Origin: Acidobacteriota bacterium
Lineage (GTDB): Bacteria > Acidobacteriota > UBA890 > WLXD01
DNA: 64,000 nucleotides
Direction of reading: 5' to 3'
NCBI GenBank assembly: GCA_965205505.1
Contig: CBDBHB010000009.1
Coordinates: forward strand, 2,400,001-2,464,000
Shown here: one piece after another, positions 10,497 to 21,312 of the stretch
Position numbering within the stretch: position 1 is the stretch's first letter
Layout of the letters: every line of letters starts with the position of its first letter
Translations under genes and position numbers: made by a program
Notes under the pieces: generated by a model
Told to the model about the DNA's origin: nothing
Database searches by the model: none
Seen by the model: only the letters and a program-made list of their open reading frames with translations

Positions 10497-10925
10497 GTGC
10501 ACATGCGATCAGGTCGCGACGAAGGGCGCGGAGCGTCGGCACGCCTTCGTCGCCGCTGGACCGCCGAGGCGGGCCGCGGCGGGCTCGGGGCGTTGCTGGG
10601 CCTCACCGTCGTGGTGGCCACCATCTATGCGGGCATGAAGTTCGTTCCGGTGCGTGCCGCGGGATTCCAGCTTGACGATACAGTGCGCGAACAGGTCGTT
10701 TACGCTGGCGCCCGTCGGCGCCAGCTCGGCGACCAGGAGATCCTGCGGAACATCATGGAGCGCGCCGAAGAGCTCGGGCTTCCTGTCGGCCTCCGCAACA
10801 TCGCCATCACACGACGCCGCGGCTCGGTTCGAATCCGCGTCGTGTACACCGTGTCGATCGAGCTGCTGTTCGACTATACGTACGCGTGGCCGTTCGAGAT
10901 CGACCACGACGGGCCTTCTTTCTAG
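10497..10925 (+). CDS. Small single-pass membrane protein (DUF4845-like)
   Basis: Basic N-terminus, one TM helix, located downstream of lepB. Confidence 0.6.
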   Translation: MHMRSGRDEGRGASARLRRRWTAEAGRGGLGALLGLTVVVATIYAGMKFVPVRAAGFQLDDTVREQVVYAGARRRQLGDQEILRNIMERAEELGLPVGLRNIAITRRRGSVRIRVVYTVSIELLFDYTYAWPFEIDHDGPSF

Positions 10926-10965
10926 CGGAGTTTATCAGCACCCTGCCCGTCAGTTCGAACGCCGC

Positions 10966-11259
10966 TCAGATCCGACTTGCGAGATCGAACAGCGAGGTCA
11001 CCAGAAAGCCGCGTAGGAAGACCACCACGAGCAGGAGAATCATCGGCGAAAAATCCACGCCGCCGTAGATTCCTACTCGTCGTCGGATGAGCCGGAGCGG
11101 TGGCTCCGTGGCCTGGTACAGAAACTGCACGATCGGGTTGTAGGGGTCGGCGTTGACCCAAGAAATGATGACGCGGCCAAGGATCAGCAGCATGTAAAAG
11201 CCGAGCACCATGTCGAGGATGGTGGCGGATGCGCTTACCAAATTGCGGATGAGGAACAT
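10966..11259 (-). CDS. yggT: YggT family membrane protein
   Basis: ISWVNADPYNPIVQFLYQATEP and DFSPMI motifs. Confidence 0.93.
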   Translation of the reverse strand: MFLIRNLVSASATILDMVLGFYMLLILGRVIISWVNADPYNPIVQFLYQATEPPLRLIRRRVGIYGGVDFSPMILLLVVVFLRGFLVTSLFDLASRI

Positions 11260-11312
11260 CTCTCTCCCGTTCTGAGTTCAGGACTCTTGGGATTCTCTTC
11301 GATCACGGCCTG

Positions 11313-12014
11313 CTAGATGCGAGGGCCGAAGATAGCGGTGCCGACACGCACAATGGTAGCGCCTTCCTCGATTGCCACTTCGAAGTCGTTCGTCATGCCC
11401 ATGGAGAGCCCCTGCAGTCGCAGCCCGGTTTCAGCAGCGATCTGATCACGAAGGCCGGATAGGCGACGGAAGTACGGGCGTGCAGACTCCGGTGTTGGAC
11501 CGAAGGGCGGAAGGGTCATGAGGCCGGCGAGTTGTAAGCCAGGCGCAGCGTCGACTCGGCGGCACAGCTCGGTCGCATGTGCGTGGATAGCTTGTTCCGG
11601 CTCCTCTGTACGGGCGAATTCGACCTGTACGTAGACGTCGATTCGTCTCCCGAGCTTCGAAGCTGCGGTGTCCAGGCGGTCGACGAGAGCGGCTCGGTCG
11701 ACGGAGTGGACGACATCGAACAGCGCTGCAGCCAATCGCGCTTTGTTGGTTTGCAACTTGCCGATCAAGTGCCAGCGCACGTCATCCTGTACCTGCGGAA
11801 TCTTGTTCTCAGCCTCCTGTACCCGGCTCTCACCGAGGTCGGCGAGGCCCACTTTGACGGCCTCCATAAGCTGTGACACTGGGCGAGTCTTGCTCACCGC
11901 GAGCAAATTGATGCTGGCTGGGTCGCGACCGGCTCGCATCGCCGCGGCGCGGATTCGATCACGCACCGCTTTGACGTTGCGCTCGGTGTCCTGCATGGGG
12001 CCGGATCGTAGCAT
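11313..12014 (-). CDS. yggS: PLP homeostasis protein
   Basis: [16 protein letters not shown] and [28 protein letters not shown] motifs. Confidence 0.96.
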   Translation of the reverse strand: MLRSGPMQDTERNVKAVRDRIRAAAMRAGRDPASINLLAVSKTRPVSQLMEAVKVGLADLGESRVQEAENKIPQVQDDVRWHLIGKLQTNKARLAAALFDVVHSVDRAALVDRLDTAASKLGRRIDVYVQVEFARTEEPEQAIHAHATELCRRVDAAPGLQLAGLMTLPPFGPTPESARPYFRRLSGLRDQIAAETGLRLQGLSMGMTNDFEVAIEEGATIVRVGTAIFGPRI

Positions 12015-12089
12015 CGCAACGCCGCCGACGCCGTGTGCGTCTTGGCGTCCAGGGCCGTAGTAGCGGGCGGTTTCCGTATGAGCGAAAGC

Positions 12090-12114
12090 GAAACTTTCCG
12101 CTCGCCTGAGCGTA
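12090..12114 (+). promoter_or_regulatory. Candidate ECF (SigW-like) autoregulatory promoter
   Basis: GAAAC-N16-CGTA ending 23 nt before the sigma ATG. Confidence 0.65.
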
Positions 12115-12137
12115 GCTTAGGACGAACCCGGAATCGT

Positions 12138-12728
12138 ATGAGCGCAACCGACCAAGAGATAGTCGAGGCGGTTCTGGCGGGCGAGCAACATCGCTTTGCC
12201 GAGCTGGTCGGTCGCTATCAGGGGCCGATCGTGAACTACGTATATCGGATGCTTGGAAACTACGACGACGCCGTCGACCTGTCGCAGGACGTCTTTCTCA
12301 AGTCGTATTCGGCACTCGCGAGCTATCGACCCCAGTATCCGTTCACCGCCTGGCTGTTCCGCATCGCTCGCAATGCTGCCATCGACGAGATTCGTCGCCG
12401 ACGGCTGACGCTGGTGCCGCTCGACGAGCCGGTCGACACGGAAGAAGGCACTCTGGGGCGCCAGGTGGCAGCTGACGAAGCCGGTCCAGAGCAGCTTTTC
12501 ATGGACGACGAGTTCCGCAATCAGTTGGAGGGCGCCATCGCCCAGCTACCTGAGAAGTACCGGGAGCCGCTAGTGTTGCGGCACGCTGCTGAAATGTCTT
12601 ATGACGAGATCGCAGAGGCTCTAGAATTGCCACTGGGAACAGTGAAGACGCGGATCTTCCGCGCCCGTGAGGCGCTGCGTTCCGGTCTCAGCGATCTACT
12701 CGAGCCGTTAGCCTCTGCAGAGGCGTGA
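12138..12728 (+). CDS. ECF RNA polymerase sigma factor
   Basis: Region 2 (DLSQDVF..WLFRIARN) and region 4 (SYDEIAEALELPLGTVKTRIFRAR). Confidence 0.95.
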   Translation: MSATDQEIVEAVLAGEQHRFAELVGRYQGPIVNYVYRMLGNYDDAVDLSQDVFLKSYSALASYRPQYPFTAWLFRIARNAAIDEIRRRRLTLVPLDEPVDTEEGTLGRQVAADEAGPEQLFMDDEFRNQLEGAIAQLPEKYREPLVLRHAAEMSYDEIAEALELPLGTVKTRIFRAREALRSGLSDLLEPLASAEA

Positions 12729-12729
12729 G

Positions 12730-13335
12730 ATGAGTGCACACGAGCCCAACCTGGACATGCTGTCAGCGTACATCGACGGCGTGCTGTCTCCGGACGCACA
12801 TCGGTCGATGGGGCAGCATCTGAAGCGCTGCCAGGTCTGCGCAGATGCGGAACGGCAGGAGCGCGGCTACCTGGTATGCCTCGACCGCCTGTCTGAAGTG
12901 GCGCCGCCGGAGGATTTTGTCAGCGCGGTGATGGGGCGAGTCGCCCAGTATCCCGCTCATCGCCCAGGCTCTGCCATACCGTGGCGCGAGGCGATGCGCT
13001 GGAGCGTGGCGGCCAGTGTGACCCTGCTGGCCCTGTTTGCGGGTGGAGTCGCCTGGTTGATCGGTAGCGGAGCGCTCGATGGCATCCAGACGGGGACCGT
13101 GTTGGCTGCGGGGGTCGGCGGGATCGCCGACGTTGCAACGTCCAGCATCTCCACTGCCCGTGCCGTGGTTGCCCAAGGCCGAGTGTTGCTCGAAGAGGCC
13201 GGGCAGATCATGTGGCGGATCTCGGGCCTGGCGATAAGCAGTGGTTGGCTCGTACAAGCGACGCTGCTGTTGTTGACGGTTTCACTGAACTACGCATTTA
13301 CGCGCCTCGTACTGAATTACCAGCGACGACATTGA
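12730..13335 (+). CDS. Zinc-binding anti-sigma factor (zf-HC2) with TM helices
   Basis: LSAYIDG..HLKRCQVC motif; adjacent to the ECF sigma gene. Confidence 0.88.
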   Translation: MSAHEPNLDMLSAYIDGVLSPDAHRSMGQHLKRCQVCADAERQERGYLVCLDRLSEVAPPEDFVSAVMGRVAQYPAHRPGSAIPWREAMRWSVAASVTLLALFAGGVAWLIGSGALDGIQTGTVLAAGVGGIADVATSSISTARAVVAQGRVLLEEAGQIMWRISGLAISSGWLVQATLLLLTVSLNYAFTRLVLNYQRRH

Positions 13336-13354
13336 AACGAGATAGGGGGACGAT

Positions 13355-14362
13355 ATGAAGCCCACCGCGAACGGCCGCAATGAGAGTTGCGTGCGCCGAT
13401 GGTCGGCGCTCGGGGCAGCGCTGATCCTCGGAGGCGTCTTGGCCGGATGCGTCACCATCCACTCCGGTGACGGCGGGTTTCTCGTCGGTGGGCGTGTCGA
13501 CATCGCGGAAGGTGAAGTGGCCCGCGACGAGATCGTCATGATGGGCGGCGCGGTGACGATCGACGGCGAAGCCCGTCGTGACGTGGTTGTTCTGGGCGGG
13601 CAGCTGACGGTCAATGGCACGGCCCGCGATGTGGTGAACATCGCCGGCTCCATGAGGCTCGGACCCGACGCCCATATCCGCGGCGACGTGGTGAGCGTAG
13701 GTGGCTCGCTGAGCCGGTCTCCGGGGGCTGAAGTAGACGGCGAAGTGGTGAACGTGGGCATCAGCGGATTCGACGCGGCTCCCTGGCTCTCTGATTGGGG
13801 CGGATGGTCGATGGGCCGGTGGTGGGGGCTGACCCCGTTCCGCGTCGCGGCACGAACCACGCAGTTCATCTACTGGATACTGCTGGCTGTGCTAACCGTC
13901 GCGTTGGTAGGCGATCGTGTCTCGTCGGCATCGCGCTCGATCGAGCACGAGCCGATCCGCCTCGCTGCGATCGGTCTCGTCGGGTTCTTCGCGCTGACGT
14001 TGTTGACGTGCTTGTTCTTCGTATTGTCGTTTTTGCTCATCGGCATCCCGTTCTTGATTGCCGCGCTACTTGGTTGGTGGCTCGCCTATATCTTCGGCAT
14101 GGTGGCCGTGTTCCAGCTGCTCGGACAGAAGCTGCTGGTGGTGTTGGGCAAGACCGATGCGGCCCAGCTGGGCCTGGTGCTGGCGGGAGGAGCCACCTTG
14201 GGGGTCCTCCACTATTTCCCCTTCGTCGGCTCGCTGATCTGGGCGGTGGCTGCGTTCCTGGGCCTCGGGGCAGTGTTTGCCACCCGCTTCGGCACGAACC
14301 GACCCTGGATGTCGAGCTCGGAGCCGGCGGTCGCGGTGCCGGAGTCCGAGCCGGGAGATTAG
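13355..14362 (+). CDS. Membrane protein with bactofilin-like beta-helix repeats
   Basis: LAGC lipobox, repeated GG.V.I.G..DVV units, then several TM helices. Confidence 0.75.
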   Translation: MKPTANGRNESCVRRWSALGAALILGGVLAGCVTIHSGDGGFLVGGRVDIAEGEVARDEIVMMGGAVTIDGEARRDVVVLGGQLTVNGTARDVVNIAGSMRLGPDAHIRGDVVSVGGSLSRSPGAEVDGEVVNVGISGFDAAPWLSDWGGWSMGRWWGLTPFRVAARTTQFIYWILLAVLTVALVGDRVSSASRSIEHEPIRLAAIGLVGFFALTLLTCLFFVLSFLLIGIPFLIAALLGWWLAYIFGMVAVFQLLGQKLLVVLGKTDAAQLGLVLAGGATLGVLHYFPFVGSLIWAVAAFLGLGAVFATRFGTNRPWMSSSEPAVAVPESEPGD

Positions 14363-14410
14363 CCGGCTGAGGTGGAAGTGTAGCGGGTCTGACGACACGG
14401 TCTGCTACAC
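14360..14410 (+). repeat. Family-2 element, left fragment at a TAG stop
   Basis: 36/44 identity to the copy starting at 41573 on the minus strand; forms the hairpin GTGTAGCGG/CTGCTACAC. Confidence 0.7.
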
Positions 14411-14457
14411 GTCGTCCGGTGGTCTGAATGCCCGCACGGGAACCTGGCATCGAAGGC

Positions 14458-16209
14458 TCAATCCCGGTGCGCACCGCCTGTCGACCTCGGGCGTCGCGGT
14501 TGCACTCGAATACTCTGGTGTCCATCGAGGAGAGCCTGTCCGGGAGCGCCGCCCTTGGGCCGCCGGACACTGCGGGCGCGCGTCCAGTGGACCTCTACGG
14601 ATGCGGCGGAGCGCGCTTTGCTGAACCATGCAGCGACGCTCGCGGCGCGCTCGAGGGCCTTCGCCGGGGGCTTTCGCAGTCGCTGGGGATTGCGCAGCAA
14701 CACGTGTGAGCCGGGTCCCTCGGCGTGCAACCACCAGTCATCGCGGGCGGCAACCTGGTGCGTGAGCCGGTCGTTGGCGCTGGCGTTTCGCCCTACCAGG
14801 ATTACGTCGCCTTCCGGTGTCGTTAGCTTGAGAATGCCGCGGCCGACGCTCGCTCGGGCCGCATGCCTGCCGATCTCCGATGTAGCGCTCGGTGATGCAA
14901 GGGTACCCGCCTCGGGCTCCATCGGGCGGTCGATCCGGGCGCGCGGAACCAGGCGGCATAGGCGATCGATGGCCTTGTCGCACGCGCCTGGCTCGCGCAT
15001 CGCCCGCACGAGCTTGGCGAGCTCGGCGAGGGCCACCAGCTGCCGGCGCAACTGTGCCAAACGCCTGGCGTCGTACTCGCGCTTGCGATCGATTCGCTTG
15101 GCGCGTTGATAGCGTCGCTGGGCGTTGGCAATCAGGTCGAGCTCCGGGTCTACCCGAATGGTGATCAGACTGCCGTCCGCGTAGTCGTCGGGCACACGCA
15201 CGATTCCTCCGGCTACCTCTGCCTCGGGGTGGGCGAGGAGCAAGGCACCCTCGCGACGCAAGGTTGTGGAGGCTTCTTCGTTCGGTAGCTCGGCCTCGAG
15301 CCTGCCCATAGCGCGCTCCAGGCGCCGAGACTGTGCCCGGAGCGGTTGGTCAACTGCACGGCGAGCCCTGTCGAGCAGCCGCAAACGAGCGCGCAGCGTG
15401 TAGTACTCGGCGGCGGCGTCGCCGAGCGTCGGAAAGCGCTTTACGCACGTCTTCTGGCCCACCGAGACGAGCTCGTAGGGGGCGAGCACTAGCGCGTCGG
15501 GCGGCGGCAACGAACGAAGCTGCTCGAGCGGGATGGCGCTGTAGAGATAGCCGGCCGGCGGTTCTATGCCAGATCGTCCGAATTCCAGGCGCGTTGCCTC
15601 GATCAGTTTCTGGCCGGCGGCCCGGCGCGCGCTGATCTCTCGGGCGAGCAGCGGTGTCATGCCTTCGGCCTCGCGCAACAGCGCGCGTCGGAGCTCAGGC
15701 TCCGACAGCTCCTCGAACTGCCGGCAGTCGAGATCGGCGAGCCGGGTGCGCTGTGGCCGCGGTGTCGGCGGTCGGTAGGGTTCGCCCGGATCGGGTCTGC
15801 CGCGGCGCGGGCTCCATACGGCGACGATGCGATCGTCAGGGTCGATGACGAACGCTGAGGCTCGTCGCCCCACGAGCTCCATGACCAGGCGAGAACCGTC
15901 CCCCCGCCAGGACAGCTCGACTACGCGGTCATCGTTGATCAAGCGTAGGTCGCTGATACAGCGACCGCGCGCCCTCTTCCGTAGTGCCATGGCGAACCCC
16001 GGCGGCCGTTGCGGCGCCGGCTGCCCGCCGGGACGTAGATAGAGGTGGGGCTCGTCGGGCTCGGACGAGAACCACAACCTGGGTGAGCCGGGCAGGCTCA
16101 AGACAAGCGCCAGGTCTTGTCGCGGCAGGGCGTAAACCTGATCTATCCGCGCTCCGCGGAGGGTGGGGGCGAGCTCCGCCACCAGATGGCGAAGGACGAC
16201 GAGATCCAC
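14458..16209 (-). CDS. rqcH: NFACT/RqcH (FbpA-like) ribosome quality control protein
   Basis: NFACT-N, coiled coil, NAQRRYQRAK, and NFACT-R VGRNA..ND.LT..WLHA..GSHV. Confidence 0.88.
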   Translation of the reverse strand: MDLVVLRHLVAELAPTLRGARIDQVYALPRQDLALVLSLPGSPRLWFSSEPDEPHLYLRPGGQPAPQRPPGFAMALRKRARGRCISDLRLINDDRVVELSWRGDGSRLVMELVGRRASAFVIDPDDRIVAVWSPRRGRPDPGEPYRPPTPRPQRTRLADLDCRQFEELSEPELRRALLREAEGMTPLLAREISARRAAGQKLIEATRLEFGRSGIEPPAGYLYSAIPLEQLRSLPPPDALVLAPYELVSVGQKTCVKRFPTLGDAAAEYYTLRARLRLLDRARRAVDQPLRAQSRRLERAMGRLEAELPNEEASTTLRREGALLLAHPEAEVAGGIVRVPDDYADGSLITIRVDPELDLIANAQRRYQRAKRIDRKREYDARRLAQLRRQLVALAELAKLVRAMREPGACDKAIDRLCRLVPRARIDRPMEPEAGTLASPSATSEIGRHAARASVGRGILKLTTPEGDVILVGRNASANDRLTHQVAARDDWWLHAEGPGSHVLLRNPQRLRKPPAKALERAASVAAWFSKARSAASVEVHWTRARSVRRPKGGAPGQALLDGHQSIRVQPRRPRSTGGAHRD

Positions 16210-16215
16210 GGCCAG

Positions 16216-16326
16216 CTAGTGTCCAGTAACAGAGGTTCGTTGCATGCTGTGGCGCGCGCGACCGAGTCGGATCCAAGGAGGCCCGACGACGGGGTTGCTG
16301 TATGCATCGCAGAGGAGGGCCGACGT
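16216..16326. mobile_element. Family-1 element, truncated left half
   Basis: Left end 27/34 identical to the 56450 end, followed by TGGCGCGCGCGACCG identical to the 8404 copy. Confidence 0.8.
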
Positions 16327-16333
16327 CCCGGGC

Positions 16334-16975
16334 TCAGAAAAACTCCGCGCGAAGCTCGGCGGTGACCCGTTGCACCTTGCGAGCGTACGTGCGAGGAACG
16401 TGACCCTGCTCGGTCATCAGATAATGCAGTCGGTTGGGTCCAACATTGTAAGCGGCCAAGGCCGCGTTCAGATCGTCGAATCGGTGGATGAGCTTCTTCA
16501 GGTAGAAGCTGCCGAGCAGGATGTTCAGCTGCGGGTCGGTTAGCAGGCGCCGGCCCTTCCATTCGAGCTCTAGCTCCAAAGCCAGCTGCATCGCCGTGGC
16601 TGGCATCAACTGCATCAGCCCGACGGCGCCTACCTGTGACTCGGCATTCGGGTCGAAGCTGCTCTCGGTGAAGATCACCGCCAGAATCAGCTCAGGAGTC
16701 AGCTTGTATCGCTGAGCGACCTCGATGATCGTGCTGGCCACGTCGTGCCGCTTCGCGGGGGACACCCGCAGACGGTGGCGCTCGAGGACCTTTAATACCG
16801 CCAACTCTACGGATGCCGCCTCGTTCTCTGCCTCGAGGTGAGCGATCGTTTCGCCATAGCTTGCCGATTCATCGCGCAGATCCGTGAGCTCGCCGCTCTG
16901 CTGGCTGAAGGCTTGCAGCAGCAGCAGGTTCACCGCCAAGGAAGCGATTGCGACCCACCGTACTTTGCTCGACAT
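16334..16975 (-). CDS. Lytic transglycosylase (SLT domain)
   Basis: AVIFTESSF, GAVGLMQLMP and ALAAYNVG motifs; N-terminal TM helix and coiled coil. Confidence 0.92.
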   Translation of the reverse strand: MSSKVRWVAIASLAVNLLLLQAFSQQSGELTDLRDESASYGETIAHLEAENEAASVELAVLKVLERHRLRVSPAKRHDVASTIIEVAQRYKLTPELILAVIFTESSFDPNAESQVGAVGLMQLMPATAMQLALELELEWKGRRLLTDPQLNILLGSFYLKKLIHRFDDLNAALAAYNVGPNRLHYLMTEQGHVPRTYARKVQRVTAELRAEFF

Positions 16976-17189
16976 CGTCACTAACTCCGTTTTTCGCGCG
17001 CAGCGCCGGTGCAGGAAGTCGCACACACTTTCCACCGGGGTTTGTGGGCGGTGGGCCTACGTTGCGAAAGATCCCCCAAATTCCTCCGATGTGTTTCCGA
17101 CCCGCGATGGGGGACCAGTAGAACTTTGGGGGGTCGGAAGGAGTCCCGGTGTCAGCCCCCTGAACCGGGAATCAGTTTCATCCCGTGCG

Positions 17190-17217
17190 AGTCTAGAGGA
17201 CGGCAGAGACCAGTCAA
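17190..17217 (-). promoter_or_regulatory. Sigma70-like promoter for the SLT gene
   Basis: TTGACT-N16-TAGACT. Confidence 0.55.
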
Positions 17218-17284
17218 GGCGAAAAACACACTCGAGCGATTATGGTCTGTCTTTTACTGTCTCTTACAGACTAATAGAGTTTAA

Positions 17285-18478
<1,194 letters not shown>

Positions 18479-18484
18479 CAGGCC

Positions 18485-19780
18485 GTGGTGTCGGCGGGCG
18501 ATGGTGCAAGAGAGCGTCGGCGTGTAGGGACCGCCGCCGAGGGTCGTGCGGCGCCGAGCGCGGCGGTGCTGCGCACCAAGCTACGGCTCCAGGACCTGGA
18601 TCACGGTGGTCGCACGGTGTTGGTGCGCGCCGATTTCAACGTGCCGGTGGAGGGCGGGATCGTCACCGACGACACCCGCATCATGGGAACCCTGCCGACG
18701 CTGCGCTATCTACAACGGGCGGGGGCGCGCGTCGTCGTCATGTCGCACCGCGGTCGCCCGAAAGGACAGCGGATCGCTGAGCTGTCGTTGCATCCAATTG
18801 CCGGCGTGCTGGCCGAGCGGCTTGATACGCACGTCGAGTTCGTCTCCGATTGTGTTGGCCCCTCGGTGCAGGCGGCGGTCGACGACCTGGAGCCGGGCGG
18901 AATTCTGTTGCTGGAAAATCTCCGCTTCCACGCCGGCGAGACGACGAACGACGCGACCTTCGCAGCTGCCCTGGCCAAACTCGCCGACGCCTATGTCAAC
19001 GATGCCTTCGGCGCCTCGCATCGCGAGCACGCCTCCATCGCGGGCGTCCCGTCGGCGGCGCCCAGGGCGGCGGCGGGGGACCTGCTGCACCGTGAGGTGA
19101 ACATGCTGAGCCGAGTGCTGGTGCAGCCGGAGGCCCCGTTCGCCTTGATCCTCGGGGGTGCGAAGGTAAGCGACAAGGTAGCGGTCATTGGCAACCTGCT
19201 GCCGCTCATAGATCGCTTGTTGATCGGTGGTGCCATGGCCAACGCGTTTCTGGCTGCGCAGGGCAGGGAGATCGGCGGGTCGTTGGCCCCACGGGAGGCG
19301 ATCTCGCAGGCCGCCGAGCTACTTACAGCGGCCGCGACCGCCGACGTAGAGGTGGTGCTGCCGGTCGATCTGGTGGCGGCTCCGGCAATCGACCGGCCCG
19401 ATCGAGCGCACGTGGTGATCGAGGTCCCGGCCGATGAGATGGCGCTCGACCTCGGGCCCGAGACCCGGGGGCGGTTTGCCGCCGCGCTGGCTGGCGCGCG
19501 CACGGTAGTCTGGAATGGCCCCATGGGAGTATTCGAGACGCCGGAGTTCGCCCAAGGGACGCGCTCGATGGCCGAGAGCATCGCCGCGCTGTGCCCGCCT
19601 GCCTTCATCGTGATCGGCGGCGGTGATACCGCTGCGGCGGCGGCAAAATTCTCCATCTCGAGCCGAGTCTCGCACGTGTCGACCGGTGGTGGTGCCTCGT
19701 TGGATCTTCTTGCGGGGCGCATTCTTCCGGGTGTCTCGGCCCTGACGGACCGTGAATTGTACGGAGGCGATGTCGGATGA
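18485..19780 (+). CDS. pgk: Phosphoglycerate kinase (true start possibly GTG at 18566)
   Basis: VRADFNVP, LLENLRF, GGAKVSDK, WNGPMGVFE and STGGGASL motifs. Confidence 0.98.
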   Translation: MVSAGDGARERRRVGTAAEGRAAPSAAVLRTKLRLQDLDHGGRTVLVRADFNVPVEGGIVTDDTRIMGTLPTLRYLQRAGARVVVMSHRGRPKGQRIAELSLHPIAGVLAERLDTHVEFVSDCVGPSVQAAVDDLEPGGILLLENLRFHAGETTNDATFAAALAKLADAYVNDAFGASHREHASIAGVPSAAPRAAAGDLLHREVNMLSRVLVQPEAPFALILGGAKVSDKVAVIGNLLPLIDRLLIGGAMANAFLAAQGREIGGSLAPREAISQAAELLTAAATADVEVVLPVDLVAAPAIDRPDRAHVVIEVPADEMALDLGPETRGRFAAALAGARTVVWNGPMGVFETPEFAQGTRSMAESIAALCPPAFIVIGGGDTAAAAAKFSISSRVSHVSTGGGASLDLLAGRILPGVSALTDRELYGGDVG

Positions 19781-20550
19781 GCTCCCGAACCCCGTTGATT
19801 ACCGGCAATTGGAAGATGCACAAGACGCTCGCCGCCACGCGAACGTTACTGGCGGAGCTGCGTAAGAGCGTGGACGACCTGGCCGGGGTCGAGGTCACCG
19901 TGGCGCCGCCTTTCACTGCGCTGGCGGCGGCTGCCGAGTCACTCACGGGAAGCCGAATCGGCTTCGGTGGACAGAACATGCACCATGCCGAGGAGGGAGC
20001 CTACACCGGTGAGATCTCGCCGACCATGCTCACTGATCTCGGAGCCAGCTTCGTGATCCTCGGGCATTCCGAGCGTCGCGCGTTATTCGGCGAGACCGAT
20101 CAGTGCGTATCACGCAAGCTGCGAGCCGCGCTGGCGCATGACCTCACTCCCTACGTATGTTGCGGCGAGACCCAACAGCAGCGTGAGTCCGGGGAGACAG
20201 AGCTGGTAGTGAGCTCTCAACTGCGCACTGCTCTCGAGGGACTGCCCACCCAGCAGGCTACTCAGCTGGTGATTGCCTACGAGCCGGTCTGGGCTATTGG
20301 CACCGGGCTGACCGCAACACCCGAGCAGGCACAAGTGGTGCACGCCGCCATTCGTGGCTTGCTGCACGAGCTGTTCGGCACCGACGTGTCCGAAGCCGTC
20401 CGCATCCTGTACGGTGGCAGCGTAAAGGCGGGTAACGTCGCCGAACTGTTGTCACAGCCGGATATCGACGGTGCCCTCGTTGGGGGCGCTAGCCTCGATG
20501 CCGCCTCGTTCGCGGGGATTGCACAGGCCGTTTGCCACCAGGCTTGCTAG
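19777..20550 (+). CDS. tpiA: Triosephosphate isomerase
   Basis: GNWKM, GHSERR, AYEPVWAIGTG and YGGSV motifs. Confidence 0.99.
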   Translation: MSSRTPLITGNWKMHKTLAATRTLLAELRKSVDDLAGVEVTVAPPFTALAAAAESLTGSRIGFGGQNMHHAEEGAYTGEISPTMLTDLGASFVILGHSERRALFGETDQCVSRKLRAALAHDLTPYVCCGETQQQRESGETELVVSSQLRTALEGLPTQQATQLVIAYEPVWAIGTGLTATPEQAQVVHAAIRGLLHELFGTDVSEAVRILYGGSVKAGNVAELLSQPDIDGALVGGASLDAASFAGIAQAVCHQAC

Positions 20551-20748
20551 GGTCTTACATAGGAGGCACTGGCCCGAGCCTTGCTGGCCGGCTTCGCTCA
20601 CCGATGCTACAGTTGGTTTTCTCGTGCGGCGGCCGCGCGCGGCCGCGCTTCAAGCCATGAGACAGGCAGCGTTCCTTACCCTGCGTCGTTTGCCGGCGGG
20701 GGCAGGTACCTCCCGTCTCTACCCAAGATCCGCTCCAGGATTGCCGGA

Positions 20749-21123
20749 ATGACATTCGTTCTCGTTACCATTCACGTGGTCGCCTGCGTGTTCCTGATCT
20801 TCGTTGTATTGCTGCAGTCTGCGCAGGCGGCTGATCTTGCTGGTGCGTTCGGTGGCGGTGGCAGTCAGACGGCGCTCGGAATGCGCGGCGCCACGACTTT
20901 GCTCCAGAAGGCGACGACAACGGCAGCGGTTGTCTTCATGCTCACCTCTCTGGTATTGGGCATGACCGGGCGGCGCTCGGTCTCACTCATTGAGGGTTTG
21001 GACGATCCGGCCGCCACGGCTCCAGTGCAGCCGTCGGGTGATTCCGCCGGGCAAACCGAAGCGGCCACCGAGGGCACCGGCGATGAGTCGGGGGCCGAAC
21101 AGAGCGACCCGGGCGAGCAATAA
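20749..21123 (+). CDS. secG: Preprotein translocase subunit SecG
   Basis: VLLQS..DLAGAFGGGGSQ motif; tpiA-secG-tRNA-Leu synteny. Confidence 0.93.
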   Translation: MTFVLVTIHVVACVFLIFVVLLQSAQAADLAGAFGGGGSQTALGMRGATTLLQKATTTAAVVFMLTSLVLGMTGRRSVSLIEGLDDPAATAPVQPSGDSAGQTEAATEGTGDESGAEQSDPGEQ

Positions 21124-21195
21124 ACCGGCGCCGAGCAGGCGCCGCCTACTGGCTATGCATCGCCGCAGCCGTGATCTAACGTTGGACGTCCTGCG

Positions 21196-21280
21196 GCCGA
21201 GGTGGCGGAATCTGGCAGACGCGCATGGTTGAGGGCCATGTGGGCGAAAGCCCGTGGGGGTTCGAGTCCCCCCCTCGGCA
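21196..21280 (+). tRNA. tRNA-Leu(GAG)
   Basis: GCCGAGG/CCTCGGC acceptor stem, CATGG-TTGAGGG-CCATG anticodon arm, long variable arm, GTTCGAGTC T-loop; CCA not encoded. Confidence 0.97.
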
Positions 21281-21286
21281 CTGACG

Positions 21287-21307
21287 ACCCCGTCCTCGGG
21301 GCGGGGT
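21287..21307. terminator. GC hairpin between the tRNA and a convergent gene
   Basis: ACCCCGTCC-TCG-GGGCGGGGT; no clear U tract. Confidence 0.45.
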
Positions 21308-21312
21308 GAGCT

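Noticed and set aside
17105-17165. c-di-AMP (ydaO) riboswitch
   Set aside because: GGGGGACCA..TTTGGGG..GTCAGC resembles it only on the strand opposite the SLT gene, and other consensus parts are missing
20547-20660. Decayed element between tpiA and secG
   Set aside because: GGCTTGCTAG and a CGATG-like core match only weakly, too little to call by eye
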